A DNA stretch of 64,000 nucleotides from Anaeramoeba ignava BMAN (taxonomy: Eukaryota > Protista > Anaeramoebae): positions 496,001 through 560,000 of the forward strand of contig JAPDFW010000033.1 in assembly GCA_028826165.1 (NCBI GenBank), given 5' to 3'. Below, in pieces: positions 1 through 13,717 of this stretch. Below the pieces are notes generated by a model that saw only the letters and a list, made by a program, of their open reading frames with translations, did no database searches and was not told the origin of the DNA. Position 1 is the stretch's first letter, and every line of letters begins with the position of its first letter. A program made the translations under genes and the position numbers.

Positions 1-3000
1 ATTTAATTTTATATTTAATTCTATATTTAATTTTATAAATAATTTTATAAATAATTTTATAAATAATTTTATAAATAATTTTATATTTAATTTTATATTT
101 AATTTTATAAATAATTTTATAAATAATTTTATAAATAATTTTATAAATAATTTTATAAATAATTTAATAAATAATTTTATAAATAATTTTATAAATAATT
201 TAATAAATAATTTAATAATTAATTTTATAATTAATTTTATAAATAATTTTATAAATAATTTTATTAATAATTTAATAAATAATTTAATAAATAATTTTAT
301 AAATAATTTTACAAATAATTTTATAAATAATTTTATAATTAATTTTTATATATAATTTTATATTTAATTTTATATTTAATTTTATAATTAATTTAATAAA
401 TAATTTAATAAATAATTTTATATTTAATTTTATAAATAATTTTATATTTAATTTTATAAATAATTTTATATTTAATTTTATAAATAATTTTATATATAAT
501 TTTATAAATAATTTTATATTTAATTTTATAAATAATTTTATAAATAATTTTATAAATAATTTTATATTTAATTTAATAAATAATTTAATAAATAATTTAA
601 TAAATAATTTTATAATTAATTTTATATTAAATTTTATAAATAATTTTATAAATAATTTTATAAATAATTTTATAAATAATTTAATAAATAATTTTATAAA
701 TAATTTAATAAATAATTTAATAAATAATTTAATAAATAATTTTATAAATAATTTTATAAATAATTTTTATAATTAATTTTATAAATAATTTTATAAAATA
801 ATTTTATAAATAATTTTTATAATTAATTTTATATTTAATTTTATATATAATTTTATAAATAATTTTATAAATAATTTTATAAATAAATTTATAAATAATT
901 TTATATATAATTTTATAAATAATTTTATAAATAATTTTATAAATAATTTTATAAATAATTTTATAATAAATTTTATAAAAATAATTTTTATATATAAATT
1001 TTATATATAATTTTATATATATAATTTTATAAATAATTTTATAAATAATTTTATAAATAATTTTATAAATAATTTTATATTTAATTTTATATTTAATTTT
1101 ATATTAAATTTTATAATTAATTTTATATTAAATTTTATAAATAATTTTATTTATAATTTTATAAATAATTTTATAAATAATTTTATATTTAATTTTATAA
1201 ATAATTTTATAAATAATTTTATAAATAATTTTATATTTAATTTCATAATTAATTTTTATAAATAATTTTATAATTAATTTTATAAATAATTTTATATTAA
1301 ATTTTATAAATAAATTTTATAAATAATTTAATAAATAATTTAATAAATAATTTTATAAATAATTTTATAAATAATTTTATAATTAATTTAATAAATAATT
1401 TTATATTAAATTTTATATTTAATTTTATATTTAATTTTATAAATAATTTTATAAATAAATTAATAAATAATTTTATAAATAATTTTATAAATAATTTTAT
1501 AAATAAATTAATAAATAATTTTATAAATAATTTTATAAATAATTTTATAAATAATTTTATAATTAATTTTATTAATAATTTTATAATTAATTTTATAAAT
1601 AATTTTATAATTAATTTTATAAATAATTTTATATTTAATTTTATAAATAATTTTATAATTAATTTTAATTTTATAAATAATTTTATAAATAATTTTATAA
1701 ATAATTTTATAAATAATTTTATAAATAATTTTATAATTAATTTTATAATTAATTTTATAAATAATTTTATAAATAATTTTATATATAATTTTATAAATAA
1801 TTTTAATAAATAATTTTATAAATAATTTTATAAATAATTTTATATTTAATTTTATATTAAATTTTATAATTAATTTTATATTAAATTTTATAAATAATTT
1901 TATAAATAATTTTATATATAATTTTATAATTAATTTTATAAATAATTTTATAAATAATTTTATAATTAATTTTATAATTAATTTTATAATTAATTTTATA
2001 TTTAATTTTATAATTAATTTTATAAATAATTTCATAAATAATTTCATAAATAATTTTATAAATAATTTTATAAAATAATTTCATAAATAATTTTATAAAT
2101 AATTTTATAATTAATTTTATAATTAATTTTATAATTAATTTTATATTTAATTTTATAATTAATTTTATAAATAATTTCATAAATAATTTCATAAATAATT
2201 TTATAAATAATTTTATAAATAATTTCATAAATAATTTTATAAATAATTTTATAAATAATTTTATAAATAATTTTATAAATAATTTTATATATAATTTTAT
2301 ATATAATTTTATATATAATTTTATATATAATTTTATATATAATTTTATAAATAATTTTATAAATAATTTAATAAATAATTTAATAAATAATTTTATAAAT
2401 AATTTTATAAATAATTATATATTTAATTTTATAATTTAATTTTATATTTAATTTTTATATTTAATTTTATATTTAATTTTTATATTTAATTTTATAAATA
2501 ATTTTATAAATAATTTTATATTTAATTTTATAATTAATTTTATAAATAATTTAATAAATAATTTAATAAATAATTTTATAAATAATTTTATAAATAATTT
2601 TATAAATAATTTTATAAATAATTTTATATTTAATTTTATAATTAATTTTATAAATAATTTTATAAATAATTTTATAAATAATTTTATAAATAATTTTATA
2701 AATAATTTTATAAATAATTTTATAAATAATTTTATAAAATATTTTTATAAATAATTTTATAAATAATTTTATAAATAATTTTATAAATAATTTTATAAAT
2801 AATTTTATAAATAATTTTATAAATAATTTTATAAATATTTTTATAAATAATTTTATAAATAATTTTATAAAATAATTTTATAAATAATTTTATAAATAAT
2901 TTTATAAATAATTTTATATATAATTTTATAAATAATTTTATATAATAATTTTATATATAATTTTATAAATAATTTTATATATAATTTTATAAATAATTTT

Positions 3001-4275
3001 ATAAATAATTTTATATATAATTTTATAAATAATTTTTATAAATAATTTAATAAATAATTTTATAAATAATTTTATAAATAATTTTATAAATAATTTTATA
3101 TATAATTTTTATAAATAATTTTATAAATAATTTTATTAATAATTTTATAAATAATTTTATATTTAATTTTATAATTAATTTTATAAATAATTTTATATAT
3201 AATTTTATAAATAATTTTTATAAATAATTTTATAATTAATTTTATAATTAATTTTATAAATAATTTAATAAATAATTTTATAAATAATTTTATAAATAAT
3301 TTTATAATTAATTTTATAAATAGTTTTATATTTAATTTTATAAATAATTTTATATTTAATTTTATATTAATTTTATAATTAATTTTATAATTAATTTTAT
3401 AAATAATTTTATAAATAATTTTATATATAATTTTATAAATAATTTTATAATTAATTTTATAATTAATTTTATAAATAATTTTATAAATAATTTTATATAT
3501 AATTTTATAAATAATTTTATAATTAATTTTTATATATAATTTTATAAATAATTTAATAAATAATTTTATAAATAATTTTATAAATAATTTTATAATTAAT
3601 TTTTTTATATTTAATTTTATAAATAATTTTTATAATTAATTTTATAAATAATTTTATAAATAATTATATATTTAATTTTATAATTAATTTTATATTTAAT
3701 TTTATATTTAATTTTATAAATAATTTTATGTAAATAATTTAATAAATAATTTTATAAATAATTTTATAAATAATTTTATAAATAATTTTATAATTAATTT
3801 TATATTTAATTTTATATTTAATTTTTATAAATAATTTTATATTTAATTTTATAAATAATTTTATAAATAATTTTATAAATAATTTTATCAATAATTTAAT
3901 AAATAATTTTATAAATAATTTTATAAATAATTTAATAAATAATTTTATAAATAATTTTATAAATAATTTTATAAATAATTTTATATTTAATTTTATATTT
4001 AATTTATAAATAATTTTATAAATAATTTTATAAATAATTTTATAAATAATTTTATAATTAATTTTATAAATAATTTTATAATTAATTTTATAAATAATTT
4101 TATAAATAATTTAATAAATAATTTTATATTTAATTTTATATTTAATTTTATAAATAATTTTATAAATAATTTTATAATTAATTTTATAAATAATTTTATA
4201 AATAATTTAATAAATAATTTGATAATTAATTTTATATTTAATTTTCATAAATAAATTGGATTCTCTTAAACATAC
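1..4275 (-). repeat. 12-bp satellite (TTTATAAATAAT)n, probably the >4.2 kb intron of the upstream minus-strand gene; runs off the window edge
   Basis: Degenerate tandem TTTATAAATAAT/TTTATATTTAAT/TTTATAATTAAT units. A minus-strand GTATGT donor at 4275 follows the coding exon. No acceptor lies within the window. Confidence 0.8.
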
Positions 4276-4669
4276 ACCAAGCATAAGCATATTTAGCTTT
4301 CATAAAATTTTGAGTTTCAGGGATCAACCAAAACAAACCTTCAAATTTATTAAAACAATCTTTACAAAAATTTTTAGCAATATCTAACGCTTTTTTAAAA
4401 TATTTTAAAGCTTCAGTTGGTAAATTACTTTCATTTCCTAAAACAATTAATGCTTCAACAGATTCTGGTTCAAATTTAAGTAAATCTTTAGCTAAATTTA
4501 TTCTTGTAATTTCATTCTTTTCAGTTTTTATTTGATTTTTTATTTGTTCACATTTTATTTTCTTGAGTGTTTCTGGATTAAGTAATTGAGTTATTAAATT
4601 AAATCCTTTGGATTTTTTATTCCAATATAATTTTTGTTTTTGCTCTTTTTTTTCTTTTTGAGTTTTCAT
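4276..4669 (-). CDS. Exon 1 of a TPR/ST7-like helical repeat protein; gene continues beyond the window start
   Basis: RINLAKDLLKFEPESVEALIVLG...FEGLFWLIPETQNFMKAKYAYAW resembles the GxFWxxxETRPYMRA motif of ST7-like/bacterial TPR proteins. TTTCATTTT motifs lie upstream and a GTATGT donor at 4275. Confidence 0.6.
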
Positions 4670-4813
4670 TTAAAAAAAATTGAAAAAAAAAAAATGAAAA
4701 AAAAAAAATGAGAAAAAAAACAAAAATTTAAAAAAAGATTTTAATTAAGAATTTATTGTTTTTTTTTTTAAATTGTTTTTTTGTAAAAGAAAAAGTGAGA
4801 TTGAAATGGAAAA

Positions 4814-7703
4814 TTATTGATCGAATTCAATTAAATTTCTTTTTCTAATTGATTGTGATTTAATTTCTCTAATAAAATAAATCACAATCAAAGAAATTAA
4901 GAGTATTGAATAAACTACCAACAAAATAAACATTTCTAATACTGGACTTGAACCACCAATTCTAAAAACAGCAATTCCCCAAACCAAAGATAATGAAGTA
5001 GCACAAATTTGCAATAAAACTAATATCATTGAAAAAACATAGTTTCTTAAGAAAATAACTGCATAAATCATTGCAATAATTAAAGTTCCTGTTTTTCCAA
5101 TAAACATCAAAAATGCACTAAAAACTGGATATAAATTCCAACTTAAAACTCCAACTTGTCCTGGATTAACATCAATATCCAAATCCAATGTTTGCTTTCC
5201 AAGAAATGTTTCTGCATATATAATGTAATCCAAATAATACACTGAGAGAATTTGAATCAATCTTAATTTGTTTTGTTTTGCTTTTTCTGAGTTTTCTGCA
5301 ACTTTTGGGATTCTTCCAAGTTTTGTTATATATTTTTTGAATTGAATATTAATCAGAATTGCTCTTGGATTGCAATTTTGAAGAATAAACATTAACCAGC
5401 ATAATCCATCAATTCCAATTCTTTTATCATGTTTTATTATTCCATAAATAATCACTCCAAAAAGAAGTGAATAAAATCCAAATGCAAAAATATTGAATCC
5501 AAACATGAAATAGAAAGTGTTGACATCTTCGGTTAATAAAAACGAAATCATCAACACATGGATAACCAAAACAATGGTTTGTTCTTTTTTTTGTTGATGA
5601 TTATTTTGTTGTTGATGATGTTCATCTTCTTCTCTTTCTTCATTTTTGTTTAATATTAAATATATAATAAAAGATAATCCAACTAATCCAATTTTTTGGT
5701 AAATGGAAGGCAATAAAGGGAAATTGTTGTTAATAAACCAAATGACAAGACCTATTGCTTCAATTTTCATGATATTTTGTTTTTCATTTTCAAAAAAAAG
5801 AAGAATAGCTGTGATTCCGAAATGAGTGGCGATGTATATATAGTTTGTATACATAAAATATTTTTTAAATCTCCACCAAACACTTAGCAAAGGCCATAAA
5901 AGCCAACCGATTGTGAATATTTGCATCAAAAAATCCTTGAAATTTAATCGCAAAAAAATGAACAGGATAGCAATTATCAAAATACTGAGGACAACAAATT
6001 CAAACAAATAAAAAGGAATAGCTGGGAAATATAAGATAGTGCGATATGAAGTAGCAACTTCCAACAGCATTTCAACAGAGGATGATTTCAAAAATTCATC
6101 TAATTCATCTTGATTTGAATGGGGATAAGGAAAAGATGTTTCAATATCTTTTTCATAATATTCTGAAAGTTTTTTGAGTTGGATAATATTTCTCATTAAT
6201 TGAACACGATATTCTTCATTTGCATTTCTTGAAGCAAAGGAATTTGCAATAACACCAAATGAAAAAAATGGAATATCAACTGATTTGAAGAAAGATGTCA
6301 AAGTAGGTGTCACATCAACATCCATTATTTGAGTCCAATCTTGGTGTTCAAAATCAGGATGATAGAACATGAAACATCCAATATTTTTTGTTGGGAGTGT
6401 TTCTATTTCTCCATGAAAACGAGTGCTACTTTCTCCATGATCAGAAGATAGAATGAGTAAATAATCAGGATTATCATGAATAAAATTAACAAGAATATCT
6501 TGTTTGAAAAGTTTGATCAACGAATCATCGAAAAAATTGACTGTTTCTTCATCTGAAAAATGTGATGCATGATCAAAAACTCCTGAATGAATTATCAAAC
6601 TTTGATTTTTGGATCGCAGATCTTGTAAAAGGCTTTTCAGTTTTTCTGGATCATGAACATCTGGATAAACATAAGGATAGCAATCATCATTTGTAATTAG
6701 TCTCATTTCATCAAACCAAGGCATCACTTTATCTTTTCCTCCTAATAATTCGATTGGTGACCATTCAGGTCCAATATATCTTATTTTGAATTCTGGTTTT
6801 TCATATTCATTTATATTTGCATTTGGATTGCTACATCCTTTAGAAGCTCTATTAATTGATGCAATGAGATTATCTCCTTTGATTTCACTTCCGAAAACGT
6901 TTGCTGGAGGCATTCCTTTTATAATTTTAAATAAATATTTAAATCATAAATAAATATTAAAATCAATATTTAAATCATAAATAAATATTAAATCATAAAT
7001 AAATATTTAAATAAATATTTAAATCATAAATATTAAATCACAAATCAATATTTAAATATTAAAATAAATATTTAATTTTAAATCAATATTAAAATAAATA
7101 TTTAAATCAATATTTAAAATCAATATTAAAATAAATATTTAATTAAATATTTAATCACAAATCAATATTAAATAAATATTAAATCACAAATCAATATTTA
7201 AATAAATATTAAATCAATATTAAAATAAATATTTAATTAAATATTAAATATTAAATATTAAATATTTAAATAAATGGGGAATGTAAATGTAAATAAAATT
7301 AAAATGGAAATAATTTGTAAATAAAATTGAAATTACCAGTCCACCAACATGTATAAACAGCATGAGAATAACGATTGCCAGAAAGCGAAACAGTGAAAAT
7401 AATTGAATGATCTTCATATGTAGGAAGAGCTTTCTCAAATCTTTTTAAAGGATAAGAATCAGTAATAAACCAAATAAATTTATCAAATTGAGGAGGAAGT
7501 GGTTCAGAACATGCAAAATGTGTTGGATTACAAACACAAAAATCATTAATTTCATTTGTTGGTGGAACTCCTCGAGTCATAAAAACACTAAATATTTGCC
7601 AACATCGAATTATTATAATCATATTCAATATAAAAATAAAAAACAAAAACAAAAATCGTTTTTGTTTTGGTAATTGTTTATAAGTTTGTAAAAGTTTTTT
7701 CAT
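4814..7703 (-). CDS. GPI ethanolamine-phosphate transferase-like protein (alkaline-phosphatase superfamily lumenal domain plus many TM helices); 2 exons, intron 6916-7336
   Basis: N-terminal TM, FITDS, spliced TG|GMPP, DHASH and SSDHG motifs, QxxDVTPT, then about a dozen hydrophobic segments. GTAATT...AAAG splice joins the two ORFs in frame. Confidence 0.7.
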
Positions 7704-7849
7704 TTTAATTTAATTTTCGATGACTAATCAATTTTGTTTTGATTTATTTTCTTATTTTTGTTATTTCAATTTTAATCTTTTGATTATTTAATTTAATAAA
7801 ATTGTTTCCAAGAAATTTGATTTAAAAAAAATGAAAATTAATTTTTTTC

Positions 7850-10540
7850 TTTTTTAAATATAAAAATTATTATTTTAAATTTAAATAATTTATCTAAATA
7901 ATCTAAATAAATAAAATATTTAAAAATAATAAATCAAAATAATTTAAATTAATTAATATTTTATTTAAGAAAATATCAAAATATTTCCTCAATTTTTTAA
8001 AAAGAATTAAATATAAAAATTATTATTTTAAATTTAAATAATTTATCTAAATAATCTAAATAAATAAAATATTTAAAAATAATAAATCAAAATAATTTAA
8101 TTTAATTAATATTTTATTTAAGAAAATATCAAAATATTTCCTCAATTTTTAAAAAGAATGAAATATAAAAATTATTATTTTAAATTTAAATAATTTATCT
8201 AAATAGTCTAAATAAATAAAATATTTAAAAATAATAAATCAAAATAATTTAAATTAATTAATATTTTATTTTAAGAAAATATCAAAATATTTCCTCAATT
8301 TTTAAAAAGAATTAAATATAAAAATTATTATTTTAAATTTAAATTATTTATCTAAATAATCTAAATAAACAAAATATTTAAAAATAATAAATCAAAATAA
8401 TTTAATTTAATTAATATTTTATTTAAGAAAATATCAAAATATTTCCTCAATTTTTAAAAAGAATGAAATATAAAAATTGTTATTTTAAATTTAAATTATT
8501 TATATAAATAATCTAAATAAACAAAATATTTAAAAATATTAAATTAAAATAATTTAATTTAATTAATATTTTATTTAAGAAAATATCAAAATATTTCCTC
8601 AATTTTTAAAAAGAATTAAATATAAAAATTATTATTTTAAATTTAAATAATTTATCTAAATAATCTAAATAAATAAAATATTTAAAAATAATAAATCAAA
8701 ATAATTTAATTTAATTAATATTTTATTTAAGAAAATATCAAAATATTTCCTCAATTTTTAAAAAGAATGAAATATAAAAATTATTATTTTAAATTTAAAT
8801 AATTTATATAAATAATCTAAATAAACAAAATATTTAAAAATAATAAATTAAAATAATTTAATTTAATTAATATTTTATTTAAGAAATTATCAAAATATTT
8901 CCTTAATTTTTAAAAAGAATGAAATATAAAAATATTATTTTAAATTTAAATAATTTATATAAATAATCTAAATAAACAAAATATTTAAAAATAATAAATC
9001 AAAATAATTTAATTTAATTAATATTTTATTTAAGAAATTATCAAAATATTTCCTTAATTTTTAAAAAGAATTAAATATAAAAATATTATTTTAAATTTAA
9101 ATAATTTATATAAATAATCTAAATAAATAAAATATTTAAAAATAATAAATCAAAATAATTTAATTTAATTAATATTTTATTCAAGAAAATATCAAAATAT
9201 TTCCTCAATTTTTAAAAAGAATAAAATATAAAAATTATTAATTTAAATTTAAATAATTTATATAAATAATCTAAATAAATAAAATATTTAAAAATATTAA
9301 ATCAAAATAATTTAATTTAATTAATATTTTATTTAAGAAAATATCAAAATATTTCCTCAATTTTTTAAAAAGAATTAAATATAAAAATTATTATTTTAAA
9401 TTTAAATAATTTATATAAATAATCTAAATAAATAAAATATTTAAAAATAATAAATTAAAATAATTTAATTTAATTAATATTTTATTTAAGAAAATATCAA
9501 AAATATTTCCTTAATTTTTAAAAAGAATGAAATATAAAAATATTATTTTAAATTTAAATAATTTATCTAAATAATCTAAATAAATAAAATATTTAAAAAT
9601 ATTAAATCAAAATAATTTAATTTAATTAATATTTTATTTAAGAAAATATCAAAATATTTCCTCCAATTTTTTAAAAGAATTAAATATAAAAATTATTATT
9701 TTAAATTTAAATAATTTATATAAATAATCTAAATAAATAAAATATTTAAAAATAATAAATTAAAATAATTTTAAATTAATTAATATTTTATTTAAGAAAT
9801 TATCAAAATATTTCCTCAATTTTTAAAAAGAATGAAATATAAAAATTGTTATTTTAAATTTAAATAATTTATATAAATAATCTAAATAAACAAAATATTT
9901 AAAAATAATAAATTAAAATAATTTAATTTAATTAATATTTTATTTAAGAAAATATCAAAATATTTCCCCCTCCATTTTTAAAAAGAATGAAATATAAAAA
10001 TTATTATTTTAAATTTAAATAATTTATCTAAATAATCTAAATAAATAAAATATTTAAAAATAATAAATCAAAATAATTTAATTTAATTAATATTTTATTT
10101 AAGAAATTATCAAAATATTTCCTCAATTTTAAAAAGAATGAAATATAAAAATTGTTATTTTAAATTTAAATAATTTATATAAATAATCTAAATAAATAAA
10201 ATATTTAAAAATAATAAATCAAAATAATTTAATTTAATTAATATTTTATTTAAGAAAATATCAAAATATTTCTTCAATTTTTAAAAAGAATTAAATATAA
10301 AAATTATTATTTTAAATTTAAATAATTTATCTAAATAATCTAAATAAATAAAATATTTAAAAATAATAAATCAAAATAATTTAATTTAATTAATATTTTA
10401 TTCAAGAAAATATCAAAATATTTCCTCAATTTTTTAAAAAGAATTAAATATAAAAATTATTATTTTAAATTTAAATAATTTATCTAAATAATCTAAATAA
10501 ATAAAATATTTAAAAATAATAAATTAAAATAATTTAATTT
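7850..10540. repeat. Intergenic tandem array of a ~153-bp unit, about 17-18 copies
   Basis: Marker ATATTTCCTCAAT recurs at about 7981, 8134, 8287, 8439 and onward with near-identical units. Lies between divergently transcribed genes. Confidence 0.92.
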
Positions 10541-10579
10541 TTTTTCATTTTTTTTTTCATTTTTTTTTTTAATTACAAA

Positions 10580-13500
10580 ATGGATAAAAAGAAAAAGAAG
10601 TAAAAGCTTTTCTTTTTTTTTTTAAATTAATTTTTATTTTAAAATAATAAATAAAAATTAAAAATAGAACATTTTTAAGTAATGAGAATGCATTAGTAAC
10701 AACAGCAGTAAAAACTATGTTTCAAGATGAGGTTTCAAATTGGAAATTGACAGATTTTTCAATTGGAATGGTTTACTTTATGAAAAGAAATTACCGAGTT
10801 TATCAAAAACAAAAAACTCAAATGAAAGAAGAAGATTTTTTCAAAGTTTGTTTTTTACCACATTTTATTAAACAATTACAAGAATATGCTTTACTTGCAG
10901 ATGCTTCTTATGAAAAAACTCTTCAAAAATTAATGACAGCAACTTCTTTTGATAAACAACAACTTATTGTTTATAAATTTCGTTCTTCTACTTTTAGACC
11001 AGCTTATTTTTTAGCTGTAAATGATATTCAAAAAGAAGTTTATTTGGCTATTAGAGGAACTAAATCTATGACAGATTGTTTAACAGATTTAAATGGAATG
11101 ATGTGCAAATTTTCTGATGGATTTGGTATTTTCTTTTCAAAATTAAAATTAAAATTGAAATTAAAATTAAAATTAAAATTGAAATTAAAATCAAAATTAA
11201 AATTTAAATCAAAATCAAAATCAAAATTAAAATTAAAATTAAAATTAAAATTAAAATTAAAATTAAAATTAAAATTTAAATTAAAATTAAAATTAATATT
11301 AAAATTTAAATTAAAATTAAAATTAAAATTAAAATTAAAATCAAAATCAAAATCAAAATTAAAATTTAAATTAAAATTAAAATTAAAATTAAAATCAAAA
11401 TTAAAATTAAAATTAAAATTAAAATTAAAATTGAAATTAAAATTAAAATTAAAATTGAAATTAAAATTTAAATTAAAAATAAAATTAAAATTAAAATTAA
11501 AATTAAAATTAAAATCAAAATTAATATTAAAATTTAAATTAAAATTAAAATTAAAATTAAAATTTAAAATTAAAATTAAAATTAAAATTAAAATTAAAAT
11601 TAAAATTTAAATTAAAATTAAAATTAAAATTAAAATTAAAATTAAAATTAAAATTAAAATTAAAATTAAAATCAAAATTAAAATTAAAATTAAAATTAAA
11701 ACCAAAATTAAAATCAAAATTAAAATTAATATTAAAATTAAAATTAAAATTAAAATCAAAATCAAAATTAAAATTAAAATCAAAATCAAAATTAAAATTA
11801 AAATTAAAACCAAAATTAAAATTAAAATCAAAATTAAAATTAATATCAAAATCAAAATTAAAATTAAAACCAAAATTAAAATTAAAGGACATAATGGAAT
11901 GGTTAATGCAGCTTTATGGATGGAATTTCACTTGAAAAAAAAAATTAGTGAAATTATGGAACAAAAAAAGAATTATAAACTTGTTTTAATTGGACATTCA
12001 CTTGGAGGCGGAGTAGCATCTTTATTAACAATTTTATTATCCAAAAGTAGATCAAAATCAAAATTAAAAATTAAAATTAAAATCAAAATTAAAATCAAAA
12101 TTAAAATTAAAATCAAAATTAAAATTAAAATTAAAATCAAAATTAAAATTAAAATTTAATATTAAAATTAAAATCAAAATTAAAATCTCTTTATTTGATA
12201 TTTTTTCTCAAAAAAAAATAAGGTTTTCCTAAAATACATTGTTATGGATTTGGAACACCATCAGTTTTAGATCGTTCACTTTCAAAAAAATACAGACATT
12301 TAATTACAACAGTTGTTCATAGACATGATCTTGTTCCTCGTTTTTCTTTTTTTGGAATGAAAAAATTAAGAGAGAAAATAGAAGATTATCAATGGAAAAT
12401 TGAAATGAAAGGAGATGTTTTAAATACAAAAATTATCCGCAATTTAAAAAAGAAAGCGAATTGGACTCATTCTAAACTTTCATTTTTGACAAACAATCAA
12501 AAAGTCAAGAAAATTTCAAATAAATTAAGTAAACCTACTCAAAAAATCTCAAATGTAGGTCATAAAGCAGTTGAATCAACTCAAAAAGCATATAAATCAT
12601 CAAAACAATTTACTAAAAAAATTGTGAAATCAACTGGAGGAATGATTAAAAATCTTAAAGGTAGATTAAGTAAAAAAAAAGGAAAAGGAAAAGAAGAAGA
12701 AAAAGAAGAAGAAAAAGAAAAAGAAGAAGAAATTGAAAATCAAAATGAAAATCAAAATGAAAATGAAAATCAAAATCAAAATCAAAATGAAAATGAAAAT
12801 CAAATTGAAAATCAAAATGAAAATGAAAATGAAAATCAAAATGAAAATGAAAATCAAAATGAAAATCAAGATGAAATTGAAGATGAAGATGAAGATGAAA
12901 TTGAAATTGAAAAATCAGAAATTTCAGATTCAAGTGATATTGATTTGAATATTAGAGGTTTAGAATCTGAAAATGAAAAATCAGAAATTGAAAGCAATGA
13001 TTCTGAAAATGAAAAAGAAGATCAAGAATTTAAGTAAAAGAATTAAATTAAAATTAAAATTAAAATTAAAATTAAAATTAAAATTAAAATTAAAATTAAA
13101 ATTAAATTTAAAATCAAAATTAAAATTCAAATTCAAATTAATATTCAAATTAAAATTAAAATTATAATTAAAATTATAATTAAAATTAAAATTAAAATTA
13201 AAATTAAAATTAAAATTAAAATTAAAATTAAAATTAAAATTAAAATTAATATTAAAATTAAAATTCAAATTAAAATCAAAATTAAAATTAATATTAATAT
13301 TAAAATTAAAATTAAAATTAAAATTAAAATTAAAATTAAAATTAAAATTAAAATTTAAAATTTAAAATTAGATTATTTATCGAAAAATTATCAAAAGAGG
13401 AAAGAACTCAAAGACAAGAAACTTCCTTTTTACAAACTCCAGGAAATGTTTTATGGATAGAAAATTTTGGAGATCAATGGTTCATTATTCCAAAAGAAAA

Positions 13501-13621
13501 TGAAGAATTTGAAGAAATGAAAGTTATAAAAGGAATGATTAATAATCATTTATTAACATCATATTCTGAAGCATTAGAAAATTCATTAATAACAGTTTTG
13601 AAAATGAAAGGATTTCTTTAA
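10580..13621 (+). CDS. Class 3 lipase (DAG-lipase-like); 5 exons, introns 10600-10667, 11126-11887, 12047-12222, 13034-13371
   Basis: LAIRGT, spliced GHNGM, GHSLGGG nucleophile elbow, CYGFGTP, HDLVPRFS, C-terminal NH. All four GT-AG junctions keep frame. Acidic ENQN insert. Confidence 0.88.
11126..11887 (+). repeat. Intronic (AAATTA)n hexamer satellite, also in introns 12047-12222 and 13034-13371
   Basis: Tandem AAATTA/AAATCA between the GT and AG splice sites. Confidence 0.9.
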
Positions 13622-13717
13622 AAAAGAAAATGGAATAAATTTATTTTGATTTTTGATTTTTGATTTTTAATTTTTTCATTTTTTAATTTTTCATTTTTCA
13701 TTTTTTCATTTTTGAAA

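Noticed and set aside
1508-2228. Low-complexity ORFs (KLFI/IIYK, LKLK, NFNF, ILIL), here and at 11557-11892, 12981-13268, 21329-22277, 51288-52022, 61290-61547
   Set aside because: They are translations of intronic satellites lying between GT-AG sites of real genes.
4255-4275. U12-type or non-canonical donor (GAATCC) at the end of the TPR exon
   Set aside because: A canonical GTATGT donor is available a few bases earlier, and all other introns read as GT-AG.
1-4275. Telomeric or subtelomeric repeat
   Set aside because: There is no G-rich strand, and the same unit occurs internally within the 14-3-3 intron.
7850-10540. CRISPR-like array
   Set aside because: Units repeat in full with no unique spacers, there are no cas genes, and the context is eukaryotic.
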